64,000 bases of DNA, taken from NCBI RefSeq assembly GCF_048593235.1, contig NC_133622.1, positions 251,228,055 through 251,292,054 on the forward strand, in the 5' to 3' direction. The DNA is from Sminthopsis crassicaudata. Its lineage: Eukaryota. The stretch's first letter is position 1, and each line of letters begins with the position of its first letter. Positions 21,402 to 35,594 of the stretch are shown piece by piece. Under the pieces are notes generated by a model, which ran no database searches, had not been told where the DNA came from, and saw nothing but the letters and a program-made list of their open reading frames with translations. The position numbers and the translations under genes are program-made.

Positions 21402-24399
21402 ACAGAGCTGCAAGCTGCCCGAAGTCATCAAGCCGAGTACGGGAGGGGGGTTACCCAGGGCCCAGGGTTAAATGGGAAAGAGGGAGAGAGGGAAAAATGA
21501 AATTATTGTATTTAAGCCCAGCGTCTGCTTTCCTGCCCAGCCAGAGTCCTTGGGAGCTTGGGGTCTATAGGGGGAAGTGAGCAGAAATGACAGGTACTTG
21601 ATGGTGAGGGCTTGCCAAATTCAGAGGGAGGCCTGGGTTCTTTGTCAGAGCCAGTGGCAAGGACAATCTCGATGCTCCTTAGCCCTCTGGCCTGGCCCCC
21701 GTTCCTGTGGAATCCAGAACTCCCTCGCCCCAACTTAGAGATCTCTCGGGCTTCAAATCCTATATGGAAGGAGAAGCTCCTCTATGGTTTACAAAAGAAG
21801 AAACTGAGGTACATGGAGGCAGAGAGATCTTGTACTGCATCACAGGAAAGTAAGGAGATGGTTCCATAAAAAGGCATTTAGGAAAAAAAGACAACATAGC
21901 GGGATAGTGAACTTCATCGAACCATACGAATTCATGTATTAACTTCCAGTGGGTGTGGTACCAAGGAGACAGCAAATAAAGTCCTTGCTTTACTAATGGA
22001 GGGTTACAAAGGAACCACACAGAACTGACAACACGCTCAGGGCATCCCAGGCATATAAAAATGGGAGTCAGGAAGGCCTGGGTTCCCTTCTCACTTGAGA
22101 CTAATTCTGTGAGTTTGGGTAAATCTGTTAAAGCAGAGGATTGGTCCCCTTCTGGCTCCAAATTAATGATCTGAAGTGAAGATCCAGCCAGCAGGATCAG
22201 GAAAGACTTTTTGAGGGAGGGGGGAATTTAATTTGGGCTTAAAAGGTCAGGATTCTCCCTGATCCTTTAAAGGTGAAAGGTAGGGCAGGCTGGTGTTCAG
22301 CAAAGGAACATGCAGACATAAAAAAGTGGAAAGGACTGTATGGTGGTGAGATCTTGCAGGCCCAAAGGATTATTTATACAATACGTAGAATCCTAGCTCG
22401 CCACTGAAACACTCCAGAGGAGAAAGTGAGACTGGCGGCTTTGCCCAGCCCTGCCTCGCTTCAATTCAATCCACTTGTATGTCACAGTACCACCTCCCGG
22501 GGTCATAGTCCCCTTTAAGAACAAAGAACAAATCACAAAATCTCTTCAGAGGCCGCCTCATCTAACATTCTGAGGGGGGAATGAGATCAAGTGATTTGCC
22601 AAAAGACCCCAACAAGTAACATTAAGACAACTGGAGATGGCCCTGGAGACGGTGGGAGTTTGGGACGGACACCCATTAAGAAATAAAAAAAAAATGTCCT
22701 TTATACATATGAAATCCTGCAAAACATCCACATTAGTCACTCCCAACGCATTGGTGATGTTGCTGATAGTATCAACCCTCACATCTTCCTCCAGTGTCTA
22801 CATCTGGGGAGGAGGTAACCAGGGCTCAGTTGGCAAAGCTCATTGTGGTGGGGCAGAGATTTTGACCTCGGCAGCTATCGGGAACTACAGAATTTCATTA
22901 AATGATTGGTTAAAACAAGATTACAGATGGGGAATGGCTCCAATCCTCCCTGAACTGAGGGCAGGCTTCATGAAGCTGGTATTAGCATTGCCTCCCCTGG
23001 CCAGTTCTGCTGGGCTGGGAAGTATCCAACGTCATTGATACTTGAAACAATATTGATTCAATACAATCTGATAGCAGACTTCATTGCTGGAGCAAGGGGC
23101 AGTCCCAGAAGGTTCTGAGAGGAAGTGAGATCTTGGGCCATAGGATTCGGAACCACCTTCCTGGACTCCAGAAGAGCCAAACTTCCAGGACTTCACAGTC
23201 ATAACTCTTACCATCCCTCAGAGGAGAGTCTTATGAGGATTTAGGGAAAAGTTCGTGCTGGGGACGTCCAAATGTTCTTTGGTTGGTTGGTCTCTTCAAT
23301 AATGAAGTGGCCTTTGCATCCTGGGCCCCTTCCGTTCAGGTCCTCCCAAGGTTCACAAGAGGCCCGCCTGGATGTTGAAAGCCTCCATCCCCCGAAAGGC
23401 GTTCACCCATCTCCGTCACACAAGTCTCCAATGATGCCCTTTGGGGCAGTTTGGGCTCTTTAGCTGCCACAGTCCGATCACACCCGCCCCTTCTGAGATC
23501 CCTGTGGTGATGCTGCTCTTTAGGTCTTCAGAGGCAATGTCTTCTCACACAGACCGGTGGGGGCTGAAGAAATCGGTCCTTTGCTGTCATGGGAAACAAG
23601 GTCGGTAAAAGCCATTTCCCAGAAACAACTTTCAGATCTGGATCTGGATCCAGAAGGTGGCTGTGCCGTCTCCCTCAGATACATATTGTTGGGCAGGTTC
23701 TGTAGGTCCTGTGGACACCGCCAGCCTTTAACGATCTGATTTTTTCCCCCTTGGATAGTCTCTTCCAGGAGATGCAACGGTGGGGTTGACTCAACGTGTC
23801 ACCCTCAAGCAGGGACATCAAAAAGACTTAACCATTCACAAGGGGATCCTTCCTGAAGGCCCCGGGGCGGGTCAGAAAGGCGAATGTTGGTGGCAAGAAC
23901 ACAGCTGCCTATTTTTTGTCTCTGGGTGTTTCTGATCAGAAGGGGCTGAATTAATCTCAGATCTAAGAATTCTTGAATGAGGTTCACCTAATGAAGTGGC
24001 AGGAGTGAAGGGGTGGGGCTCTATTTCAGTGGAATGCTCTAAAATCCACAACAATGAAATCTTTTTTCACAACTTTCAGTCAATTGCTGACAGAGGCTTA
24101 TTCCCTTTTAAAGCCCACAGGTGCAGATGAGTGCGGGCAGACCGCTAGAGAGGAGCCTGATTCCATGTTTTGTTCCAGACCTTTGGTATCCCTCCTTGCT
24201 CCATAAATAATTCCTAATTGAGTCCTTCCGTTCAAAAATGAAAAGGACGGAGGGAACTCTCCTCCGCACAAATCTAACTCAACATTTCCTGGGCAAGGCC
24301 ACAAAAAGGCCCGGGCGTCCTCATTACGGAGCCCCTTGTGTGCAATCGGAAGGGTAGGGCCCCCCACAAGGGCCCGCGGCATGAAGGCTGCGGGAGGGA

Positions 24400-24866
24400 G
24401 CACGGTGGCTGCCAAGGGGCAAAGCTGCTAAAGGGGCGTCCACAGAGGCCGCAGAACGTTTCCCGGGCCGCACATGCGCACCCGCCGCACTCCAGGCGAC
24501 ATCTTTCGAGCACACAAAGGGTCTCGGCTGAAGCCACCAGAGACCTTAAGCAGTCCCAGGTGCCTGGTGACGCATGCGTATTTCGGTCCGGATGCGGAGT
24601 GGAGTGGAGTGGGGGAGGGGGGAGGAGCTAGGCTCAGCCCGGGAAGAGAGGCACGACGGAGAAAGCGCAGTGACGAGTTTACGCCGGAAGCTTCAGGCCT
24701 AACTTCCTGTCGGGCGTTGGACCAGAGGACCAGAGCACAACGGAAACGGCGCCCATAGGTTTCCGGCAACAGCCGCCGAGGGGCGGCCTGTAACCCGGAA
24801 GCGCTCCCATTCTGCGTCTGGGCCCGGCGGTGACGGCGGCCGGGGTTCGGTGGGAGCGGAGCCGCC
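24400..24866 (+). promoter_or_regulatory. SART1 CpG-island promoter / 5' UTR
   Basis: CpG-rich region with NRF1-like CACATGCGCA (24471) and palindromic CGCATGCG (24571). Several ETS/GABP-type CCGGAAG / ACTTCC motifs lie at about 24684-24800. Kozak context GCCGCCATGG at the start codon. Confidence 0.75.
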
Positions 24867-27800
24867 ATGGGCTCCTCGAAAAAGCACCGCGGGGAGAAGG
24901 AGGCGGCGGCGGGGACCGGAGCGGGGACAGCGGGGAGCTCGGGCACAGGCACAGCGGAGCAGGCACCGCGGCACCGCGAGCATAAGAAGCACAAACACCG
25001 CAGCGGGGGCGGCGGCAGCGGGAGCGGCGGGGGCGGGGCCGGCGAGCGGCGCAAGCGCAGCCGGGAGCGCGGGGCCGAGAGGGGGAGCAGCCGGCGAGGG
25101 GGCGAGGCCGAGGCCCGCAACGGGAGCGCGCACGGGCGCGAGCGTAGCCAGGCTGAGCCTGCGGAGCGAAGAGTGAAGCGAGAGAAGCGCGATGACGGCT
25201 ACGAAGCTGGTGAGCGCGAGGCTCGAGGGGCCCAAGGGGCGGGTCTGGGCCTGGGAAGGGCCAATGGGGAGGCGGGGCCGAGGAGGCCGGAGTGAGGCGG
25301 GGCCAATGAACGGCAGGGGGTTGAGCCTGTCCGCCCCAATGGGCCTGTAAGAAAGCTCCTCGAAGCTGGGGGAGGGGGGTTGTCTGCTCTATCCCAGACA
25401 TTTTCCTACTCGAATTACTTCAAATCCACAAATGTTAGTTCCCTTCTCCTGCGTTTGACGCTTGGGGAAACTGAGGATCTGAGAGGGGAAGTGAATGTCA
25501 AAGGCCAGGGGAAGGGAGGACGTGCCTGAGAAAGGCCTAGAGCGGGCCTGGCGCTGTACAGAAAAAGCAGCCCCTGCCCTCCTGGGTTTACAGACAAAGA
25601 GGCTCCAGGCAGAATAACTGGGAAACGAGGGAAGGAGGCTTCCTGGGGGGGGGATTTAATCGGGACTTAAAGGAAGCTGGGCGCCTCAGTAGGAGGAAGG
25701 AGAGCCTGCCTGGTCTGGTACAGCCAGAGAAGGTCCACGATTAGGAGCGGCAGCCAGGAGGCAAAAGGAGGGGGAGGGGAGGGGAGAGAAGACTTTGGTT
25801 CCCAGGCAGAGGACTTGGTGTTCCACCCGGTGCAGTGGGTGCCCCTGGAGCTGGTGGAGTAGTGGGGGGCATGCATGACCTGGGGGGAGGCGGGCACAGT
25901 ATGAGGGAGAAAGGGGACTGTTTGGGAGGTGTTGTTGCAGAGGTGACATTGACAGGCCTTGGATTTTGTGTTTGCCCCTGGAGGTGAGGGATTTCAGTTA
26001 GATGGAGTGAAAGATCCCTCCCGGCTCTCAAGTGAGGAAGTCGTGTCATGTGACCCCAAATCTGGATCTGTCTCTACTCCTGGACCCAGTTCCACAAAGC
26101 TCCTTCAGCTGTGACTGGGCTTGGCCAAAACTTGGCTCTTGCCTTCACTTCATCCCCGTGAAACCTTAGATAAATTTGATAAATGCAGTAAATGTAAACC
26201 GGACGAAGGGTCAGAGAGGAAAGATTGTCAATGAGCAGAAAAGCGTTCTCAGAGAACTAGGACACGTAAGTTTGACTTTAAAGGATGAGAAGGAATGCAG
26301 GAAGGGAGAGGCCTGGAAGCTGCAGGTAGACCGGGATGATGGATAGTTGTTTGGTGGAGAACAGTGTGAGGAAAGACAAAAAATGGGCCATTAGGAGCTG
26401 TCCGAGCAGAAAGAACTCTACACGTGCTTCACGGTCTGTGAGGAATGATTGGAGGGTTTTGACTCGAACGATAACTTGCTTTTATCTAAAATGCCACAGA
26501 GTCACAAAATGTTTTCCTTAGCAACAACTCTGTGAGAGAGGGAGCATCTTAGCACCATTTTACATGTGGAGAAGTTAGAGCTCAGAAAGGTGAGATTGGC
26601 TTGCCAGAGGTCATGGGGGCACTGGGGGTGGCAGCCGTCGACAGGACTGCTGGTCTTCAGTGGGACTCTTGCTTAGTTAGAGACAGGACTGGAGATCCCT
26701 TTCAAGTGAGAGCAGTCTGTCCCCCGTCCGAACTCTTTTATGCGTTGGTAATGAAACATTTCTCGCCTCCAACTCTTAATTCATTCTCTGCCGGGACCTT
26801 GGGGAAGGTGCCTTGATGCCAGGAAGAGAAAAGCTGGGTTGGGGAGCTAAAGAAGTTTTTGCCCATTTCCTAAGTGGGCTGGAAAGCAAGATGTAATGAG
26901 CAGGAAGTGAACGTAGCCTTCTTGCCTGTGTTAGGGGCTGTCCTGACTTTGGGGCCTCCAGCTCTCCGAGGAGCCTCTTCTTTGAACCCTGGTCAGGATG
27001 CCCTCGAAGCAGCACAGGTCCGGAGAGCGCTCCTCAACCTTTGACTTTTATCGTCCTTCTTGTTCCAGCCTCCAGCTCCAAGGCCAGCTCTGGAGATGCC
27101 TCATCTCTCAGCATTGAGGAGACCAAGTGAGTGCCTGCCTGGGATGATCAGGCTCAGCCCTGCCTTCCTCTGACCTTTTCCAGCGCAGCGTTGTGCTGAT
27201 GGACCCAAGGAGGCCCAATTCTTGGTGCTTCCAAATTAGTGCAGAGCAGCCTCTCCCCAATCTCTTTTCTTCTTGGGCAGCTGCAGAATTTGGCTGCCTC
27301 ATAACCATGGCTATCTCTTGTTTTCAGTAAACTCCGAGCCAAGTTGGGACTCAAACCTTTGGAGGTTAATGCTGTTAAGAAGGGTGAGTGATGGGAGACA
27401 GGCTGACTACTGAGGGAGGGCCTTGGGGTCTGGAAGCAGCACAGAGCAAAGGCCAGAACGGGTGAACTGAGGGCGTTGTCCTGCGGGAGACAGGGTCAAG
27501 GCTGCAAAATGAGTAGGTGCAGACTCGGGTTTCTGGAGAGATCAGAGCTGTGGGTGAGCCAGCCCTGGGGGTGGGAATGATTCACCAAGCTGGAACGGGG
27601 GGGGGGGCCAGGGGTCACCATCCCCGGGCCTTTCCTTCCAGAAGCGGCGGGCACCAAGGAGGAGCCAGTGCTGGCCGACGTGATCAACCCCTTGGCCTTG
27701 CGGCAGCGTGAGGAGCTGCGTGAGAAGCTGGCGGCGGCCAAGGAGAAGCGTCTCCTCAACCAGAAGCTGGGGTGAGTGGAGAAAGCCTCTGGGGGTGGGT

Positions 27801-28135
27801 GGGCACATGGACAGCAGCACATGCAGATAGGAGCAGAACTGGGCCTGAAAGTAGATGTTTAGCAGCAGGAGGGGATTCATCCAATGGGCTTTTCCTCCCA
27901 TGTTCTTTTAGAAAGATCAAGTCCCTGGGGGATGATGATCCCTGGCTGGATGACACAGTCGCGTGGATCGAGAAGAGCCGTCGCCTGCAGAAAGAGAAGG
28001 ATTTGGCTGAGAAGAGGGTGAGAACCTGACCCGGGCAGGTTAGGGAGAGGGGCTCTGGAGGCCGGAGTCTGTGGGGCAGGTGGGCTTTGTGGGGAGCTGG
28101 GGAGCAGCTTCCGAGATATGTCTACCTCTGTCCAG

Positions 28136-28195
<60 letters not shown>

Positions 28196-31100
28196 ATGTC
28201 CGTCAGTGATTGCCTTTTTTCCCTTCTAAATGCTATCTTATTACACTGAATTGCTGGGATCCCATACACCTCCCACTCATCCCACTCCGCAGGCCAAGTT
28301 GTTGGAAGAGATGGACCAAGAGTTTGGAGTGAGCACCCTGGTGGAAGAGGAGTTTGGACAGAGACGGAAGGTGAGGCGTCGTTGTGAGGAGAACTTCGGG
28401 GGGGTGCAGCAGGTCCAGGGGGTGGGGGGTTATGCAGATGGGTCCTTGGGGTCACCAGCAGGTCCTGAGTTAGACAGGGCCACTGAGGCTGCTTTTGTGT
28501 CTGCTCTAGGATCAGTACAGTGCCCGAGACCTGCAGGGGCTGACTGTGGAGCATGCTGTTGACTCCTTCCGGGAGGGAGAAACCATGATTCTTACCCTCA
28601 AGGACAAAGGTATAGCCAGGAAGGGGGGTGTCTGGTCAGAGCCTCCGAGCTGAAGGACTGCGGGGGAGAAAGGGAGTAGAGCGCCAAGCTATGAGTCGGG
28701 GGCATGGGTGACCCCGGCTGCTGCTCCTCTAGGCGTGCTGCAGGAGGAGGAGGACGTGTTAGTCAACGTGAACCTCCTTGACAAAGAGCGGGCCGAAAAG
28801 AACGTGGAACTTCGGAAAAAGAAGCCGGACTACCGACCTTATGCTGAAGATGAGAGCGTGGATGACATGGCCGTGGTTTGTAGGGAGCAATCAGGGGAGG
28901 GGGGCAGGGGCCCAGAGAACTGGTCCAGTGGACTGTGGCTAGCATGGGAAAGGAGGAACGGACTCAGAGGAGGGGAAGTGGGGCTGAATCAGCCAATCTC
29001 CACAGTTTAAGCCCCGGTCCATCCTGGCCAAGTACGATGAGGAGCTGGAAGGAGAGCGACCCCATTCGTTCCGACTTGATCGTAGTGGGGCGGCCGACGG
29101 AGCCCGGGAGCGGGAGCTGGAGGAAATCCGGGCCAACCTGCGGCAGCAGGCGCAATCCCTGACGATGACTGGACCCCGGCTCGCCTCCGAGTACCTCACC
29201 CCCCAGGAAATGGTCAGTCTAGCAGGGGTAAATGGAGGCAGGTGCCCCGAGAAACCTCAGGTGGGGCTGCTATGTATGACCTCACCCTGATCATGGCACT
29301 CCATGCACTTTATGGGAGGAGCCACTGGGCGGGACCCTGAGAGGAGCCCCAGCCGGAGCACCCCAGGAGAGTGGGAGAAGGGGGCGAGTGGTGGGAAGGG
29401 CTTGGAAGTTCTGAGCCAGGCCAGAGTGGTCACGAGGAAGGCCTGCTCCAAGGTGGGGAAGCTGCATCTGCCGACCAGCAAGTCAGGACCGGGTAGTGGG
29501 TCTGTGATCTTGTTGGCAGAGGGAGCTCCAAAGGGAGCCAGTCCTAGAGAAGTGCTTGAGCAGGTGTTGGCACTGGTGGTACCAGGCTGCCAGCAGTGGG
29601 AGGGCAGATGGGACGAGGAGGAAGAAAGGGTAAGGGTGGAAAAACAGGAGGGCAAGTTGGTGAAGAATAAAGGGCCAAATCAACAGGGCGGCAGGTGGAC
29701 TGGAGACTCCAGCGGGAGGGCCTGCTGCTCAGCCTGGCGGCCAGGGGGAGGGGCTATAGCTCCAAATTCAGTGGATTGTTGGGTTGTTGCTGGGTCCCGG
29801 AGCTTGGGGATGGGGGTGGGGGTGGAGGGGCTAATGAGATTTGAAAGGAAGGAGCTGTAATGGAGGGCTGTGAAAATGAGAGGGTTTTTTATATCATCCT
29901 GGAGGGGAGGGGCCCAAGTGTGTGTCACATGTGGTCAGACTTGCAGCTCCTTAAAAGTGGTCTTCCTAGATTGGGGAAAGGTGCAGCAATGGGGGCAGAC
30001 GTGCCACGCTAACCTTCCCCTTTTTTGCGAGCGTTTCTAAAGTGGTGGGTTAGGAATGCGGTAAGGAGTTTACCGGGCCTTTACTTGCCTAGTCTTGTGG
30101 AAAAGGGGAAGAGGAATGAGTGGGACCCCAGGCAAGGGCTCACAAACAGTTTGAAATCAAGTAGGGTGCCAGCCGAGTGCCTGGGCCAGACCAGAGGAAG
30201 GATTAAGGAAATGTCTGATGGAGGTCTCACTGGACAAGCTTTGGCTCACGGGTTCAGTGAGCCAAGGGGAGTAAAGCTCCAAGCAGAGTTGGAGGAAGCC
30301 ACAGCAGGAGAGGGTCTGGCACAGCCGGCAGCTCTGGGCACCACACGTCAGGGAGGACATCGCTGAGCTAGAGAATGTGCAAAAGAAAGCAGAAAGGACA
30401 ATGAGGAAGGGAGACTAAGCTTGGGGAGGACTGATTGACACTCATCTGGAGGTGGTGGCAAAGGACCGTGGGTGGGCTTGGCATCAGCCCTCCAGAATGC
30501 TGCAGGGGCCTGAAGGGAAGAGAACCTGTCCAAGGCCCTTTCAGAGCTGAAAAATGGGATAGGGAGGGGCAGAGGGACCGAAGGTTTAGGAGTCTGGGGG
30601 CGCTGATGAGGTCTCAGGGTCACCTCTGAGGCTCATCTCTGCCTTTCTGTTCCCCCGCAGGTGACCTTCAAAAAGACGAAACGGAGAGTGAGGAAAATCC
30701 GAAAGAAGGAGAAGGAGGTTGTGGTTCGGGCCGATGATCTGCTTCCTCTTGGTAATGAGACCAGTGAAGGAGACTTTGGCTCCAGGTAATTGGGGCTGCC
30801 TGGATAGGGGAGGAGGAGGGCTGGGAGGGGGGGTGAGAGGTGCTGCAGGGGCTCAGTGGTCTACCCCTCCCACAGGTTGCGGGGGAGGGGCCGTCGCCGA
30901 GTCCCCGAGGCTGAGGACGAAGTCTCTGGAGATCCTGAGAAGGAAGCCCCTTCTCAGCCCCCCCAGTCTGATGACACCAGAGTGGAAAACATGGACATCA
31001 GTGATGATGGTGAGGGGAGGGGCTGGCTGGAGGGAGGGGGAGAGCACAAGAGGCAAGGCTACCATTGGGCCCGTGTCTGTCTCCCAGAGGAGGGGGCCCA

Positions 31101-34100
31101 GGTGACAGGCTCCCCCGAGATCCTGGAGGAGGATGAAGTGGAGGCCGAGCTACAGAAGCAGCTGGAGAAGGGTCGGAAGCTGAGGCAGCTGCAGCAGCTC
31201 AGAGACAGTGGGGAGAAGGTGAGAGTCATGGGAGCCTCTGGGCACGGGAGGGGTGAGAAGGGCCTGTGGGCATCTCATCAACAGGGCTGCCCAAAGCCTG
31301 GCACTGTGCAGCCACCATCCAGCCCCTTCTGTGGGAATGTCTGCCTCCCACCCCCATTGTAGCCTCTGAGCCCAAGCAGGGAAGACTGACTTAGCCGTCC
31401 TTCCACTTTTCCAAGACAACTATCACGTCTCCCCTAAATCTTCTCTTCTCTAGGCTAAACATCCCCATCTCCCCATAGGTGATTGAGATTGTGAAGAAAC
31501 TTGAAATGCAGCGAAACCGGGAGGAGGAGGAGGATCCGGAGCGGAAAGGGGCCATCGTGTTCAACGCCACCTCGGAGTTCTGCCGGACCTTGGGGGAGAT
31601 CCCTACCTATGGGCTGGCTGGCAACCGGGAGGACCAAGAGGAGCTCATGGTAGGTCCTCTTAGGACGGGCTGGGCTGGTGATGAATGAGCAGGCCCAGGG
31701 CACGAGGAACCTGTGTGGCATCTGTTAGCATCATTCTGGTTCCCTGGTTCCCCCTCCCCCCCCAGGACTTTGAGCGAGATGAAGAAAGGTCTGCCAATGG
31801 AGGCTCAGAGTCTGATGGGGAAGAGAACATCGGCTGGAGCACCGTCAACCTGGACGAGGAGAAGCAGCAGCAGGACGTGAGGAGGGGCCCATAGAGTAGG
31901 CAGGGTGGGGCGGGGGGCCTGCACACCCACCATTGGCTTAGGTTCCTTCCTCTCTTCCACCAGTTCTCTGCTGCGTCCACCACCATTCTAGATGAGGAGC
32001 CCATCGTGAACAGGGGCCTGGCCGCCGCCCTGCTCTTGTGTCAGAACAAAGGTAACGGGGAAGCTCCGGTGGGGGTGCACAGTCTGGGGAGGGCCTGGGG
32101 GGGAGGTTCTAAGGACTCTCTTCCTCAGGGCTGCTGGAGACAACGGTGCAGAAGGTAGCGCGGGTCAAGGCCCCCAACAAGTCTCTGCCCTCTGCTGTGT
32201 ACTGCATCGAGGATAAGATGTGAGTGCGGTAGGGAGCCCCTGACCCTTGGAGCTGGGGGGCTGGGAGGGGTTCGACTTCTGAAGGGCCTTTGTGTCGTCC
32301 GCCACAGGGCCATCGATGACAAATACAGCCGACGGGAGGAGTACCGAGGCTTCACACAGGATTTCAAGGAGAAAGATGGCTACAAGCCGGATGTCAAGAT
32401 CGAGTATGTGGATGAGACTGGGAGAAAGCTGACACCCAAGGAGGTAGGAAAGCACAACGCCCTGGTCAGTCCTACTTCTGCCTTTGGGATGCCTCACTGG
32501 CAGCTTTCTTTTTCTTTTTCCTAAAACTGCCTTTTAGTTCCACCTCGAGCCCAGGGCAACAGGTGGAACAACACTCTTCTTCAAGAGGTGGGAATTCCTA
32601 AGATATTCTGGGGGTCAACTTGCCTCATATTTACAGCAGTCCTCGCATGGGTCTGGTTTCTAATTCCCTTGCCATTGGGTTTACCTCATGGATCTATCCT
32701 AATAATGCATTGTAATTTTTATTAAGGTGTTTGTCCTTTCCTTGAAACCCAGGCTTCTTGGTGCGGCCCAGAAAGGCATTCACTTTTCTGGCTGCCAGCC
32801 CACGTGCCAGTTGGGTCCTGTGTACTGTGGGGAGGGCAAGAGAAGGCAGGGCAACATCTGGGTTATTTACCTACTCTGCTTCTTCCCATAACCATCCATA
32901 TGATCTCATCTGTGTCTGGTCCTGTTTCATCAGTAAAATGAATAGGCCTTCCAGGCCTTCTTTCTGAGCTCAGATGTTCGGACTTGGCCAGCTTGGCCTC
33001 CCCTAGGTCCCAATAGGGCTTGGGAAGTGAACTGTCAGAGGAACGAGGGCCTGGGCCACAGCCTGTTGCTGTCCATTTTATCTTTTGTCTCATCTGCCTT
33101 TGGGTGAACAAGCCCTCTGTGCCCGCATTGAACCAGTTTTGAAGTAGCCAGCCTCCAGTGTTTTGTAGCCCATGAGGAAACCTTGAGAGATTTTGCAGAG
33201 TGCCTGTGTCTGATGCCTGATCAGATAAGGCAAGTCCCATTTTGGCTATTGGCAACCATCGCATTTGTTTCAGATCCCTCACAAACCAACCATCCCTTGA
33301 ATCCCATCTGCCAGTCTTGCCAAGCCTCAGTCACACTCACCAGCCTGTCCTGGCATTTGCTACTCCTGTTGAAAATGGGGACATCAGCTTTTTCTTGGTC
33401 CCGCTGCTTGTCTCCTTCTCTGTGAAGATCATATGGGTCAGCCGTCCTCTCAGCTATTATAGGACAGTGAGGGGGGCAGTTCTCTTGAGCTAGGTGACAA
33501 ACTGTTCTGTTCCTCCTAGTCCAAATAGTCTTCCTGAGAAGAAAAAAGCAGATGAAATACTGCGTCGTTTTTCTTTTTTCCAGATTTTCACTCCCAGCCA
33601 ATCTTCTCTGAGCTGTGTTCTTCTCCCTCCTTTATCTTGCTCCTGATCTAACCCCCAAAGCCTCCCCCAGGTTCAAGCCTGTGCACCTCTTCTTTTGGTT
33701 CTTACTCCCCTGGGCTGCTGTCTTCTCAGCATCTTGGGAAAGTTGGTGGCTTATCTGAGGTCTGTGTAGTGGGCCGCCTTGGGTTTTTCTGCTTGACTCT
33801 TATGTGGTTCTTGGGAATTCACCTGCCTTTCCCAAAGTTATCTCAGATGTCCTTTGTTCAGCCATGTCCTCTGTTTGAAGACAATAGTATTAAAGCAGGC
33901 CGCAGACATGTTAGGACGGTCACTCCCTGGCCGATCCTTTTCTGACCTTGGCCCAGATCTCTCTTCTGCATCAGATTGGATTCCTTCACCAGTCCTTTCT
34001 GTGCAGTTGAACCAACCTCCTGGTGGTAGGCCTGAGCAGACTCGCACACTTGTGTGTAATGTGCCCGAGGCCATGCTCTGCTGTGGGTCTGTTTTCTTGT

Positions 34101-35138
34101 GGCCAGCACTGGCCAGGAGCCCTGTTTTGAGCCAGCTTCCACAAGTACACATTGTGTCCTCCAAGCCTTGAAGTCAGTCACAGTAATGCCAAAGCTGGCA
34201 AGGATTCCCATCCTGTAGCCCCTCAGGGTTGGCTGTAGGCTTTGCCAGTGACTTCTTTTGAGCCCCATCTTAGCCAAACATCCAAGGCCGCCTGTCCTTC
34301 CTCTGGGCTCCGAATAGACTCCCGTCCTGTGGACTGCCTCCAGACTCCCTCTCCCTCAGTCTCCTCACCTGTGGCACCCAGTAATGTCATCATCTGGCTT
34401 GTAGCATCCTCTTTCCCTTTTCTTCCCCTTCCATCCCCAAAACTACCAGCTGAGTTCATGGGGATGAAGATCCCCTTCTAATTACTGAGGCTCAAAGGTA
34501 CTTCATGGCTTTCCCACATTTCTTCCCCTCAGAATAGGGGCTTGTGATATAAAATTTGATGCTTTTTCTAGTCTGCTTCTGTGCCTCCAGTTTTATTTCC
34601 CCAAAGCAGAACTAGCTGTCCTTGTGGATTCTCTAGTGCAGAACCTGTTGCCCCAAGCTCTCACTGACTGATCTTTCTGTTCAGGCTTTCCGGCAGCTGT
34701 CCCACCGATTCCATGGCAAGGGCTCAGGCAAAATGAAGACCGAACGACGGATGAAGAAGCTCGATGAGGAAGCTGTGAGTGGCTAATCAAGCCCAGGGTG
34801 GGGTGGGACATCTTTCAAGGGTTTGCAGAGTATGGCTGCTTAGCCAGAGAAAGGGGGCTGAGTATGAGCTGTCCCCTTGTTACAGCTCTTGAAGAAGATG
34901 AGCTCCAGTGACACCCCCCTGGGCACAGTGGCCTTGCTCCAGGAGAAACAGAAGGCCCAGAAGACCCCTTACATTGTGCTTAGTGGCAGTGGCAAGAGCA
35001 TGAACGCGTGAGCAGGGGATGGGGTCTTTCTTTGGCTGGGGAGCGGGGGAGGAGGGGAGGTTGCCTACATTTGCTTCTTTTGCCATCTCTTCCTCATCTC
35101 CCACCTCTTCTTTCCACAGGAACACCATCACAAAGTGA
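24867..35138 (+). CDS. SART1: U4/U6.U5 tri-snRNP-associated protein 1 (Snu66 homologue), 20 exons, 812 aa
   Basis: Exons: 24867-25209, 27069-27126, 27328-27383, 27642-27771, 27912-28017, 28293-28370, 28510-28609, 28733-28875, 29006-29212, 30661-30785, 30876-31009, 31088-31218, 31479-31649, 31766-31876, 31964-32051, 32129-32219, 32308-32443, 34685-34774, 34886-35007, 35120-35138 (2439 nt, all GT-AG). Peptides: [17 protein letters not shown] motif [42 protein letters not shown]-terminus NTITK-stop. AATAAA at 35171. Confidence 0.97.
28137..28192. repeat. (TG)28 microsatellite in SART1 intron 5
   Basis: Perfect TG run read directly from the sequence. Confidence 0.95.
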
Positions 35139-35594
35139 AGACGTCCCATTTCCCCAGTCCTTTAATATTAAATAAATATCCCTACTTATTTTTTCCTCCC
35201 TCGTTTAAGTTATGATTCCATTTTTCCCTGCTTTGAGCTAAAGAGTGGGGCGGGCACAAAAATAAGTATTGCCCTCTGCCCAGGCCCATTCTGAATTGCC
35301 CCTGGTGGCCGGGGAACACCAGCAAACCCCACCCACCCATTCTTTTGGTCTCCTTTTCACTGGAGTGAGACATCAAAGTCGGAATCGCTTTACTAGGCAC
35401 ACTGGTACACGTCAATGCACGGCTCTCTCTCAACCCACCAGGGGTTTAATCTCTTACAGAGAAGAGCAGGAGTTCAGGTGGGAGCCCGGCCTCATCCCCA
35501 TCCAGGGGGTGGGCACACAGAGCAAGCCCATTTATGTCCGTGGAGGTGGGGTCGGGGGCAGACTCGGCTTCCAGCTGGCAGGGAGGCTGGAGCC

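Noticed and set aside
23250-23800. Possible RTE-LINE or processed-pseudogene fragment between TSGA10IP and SART1
   Set aside because: Only a vague resemblance. No frame gave a recognisable protein, and a database search would be needed.
24428-25401. Long antisense ORFs over SART1 exon 1, and similar ORFs in the EIF1AD/BANF1 island and at CST6
   Set aside because: GC-rich CpG islands and coding antisense strands are depleted of stop codons. No recognisable protein.
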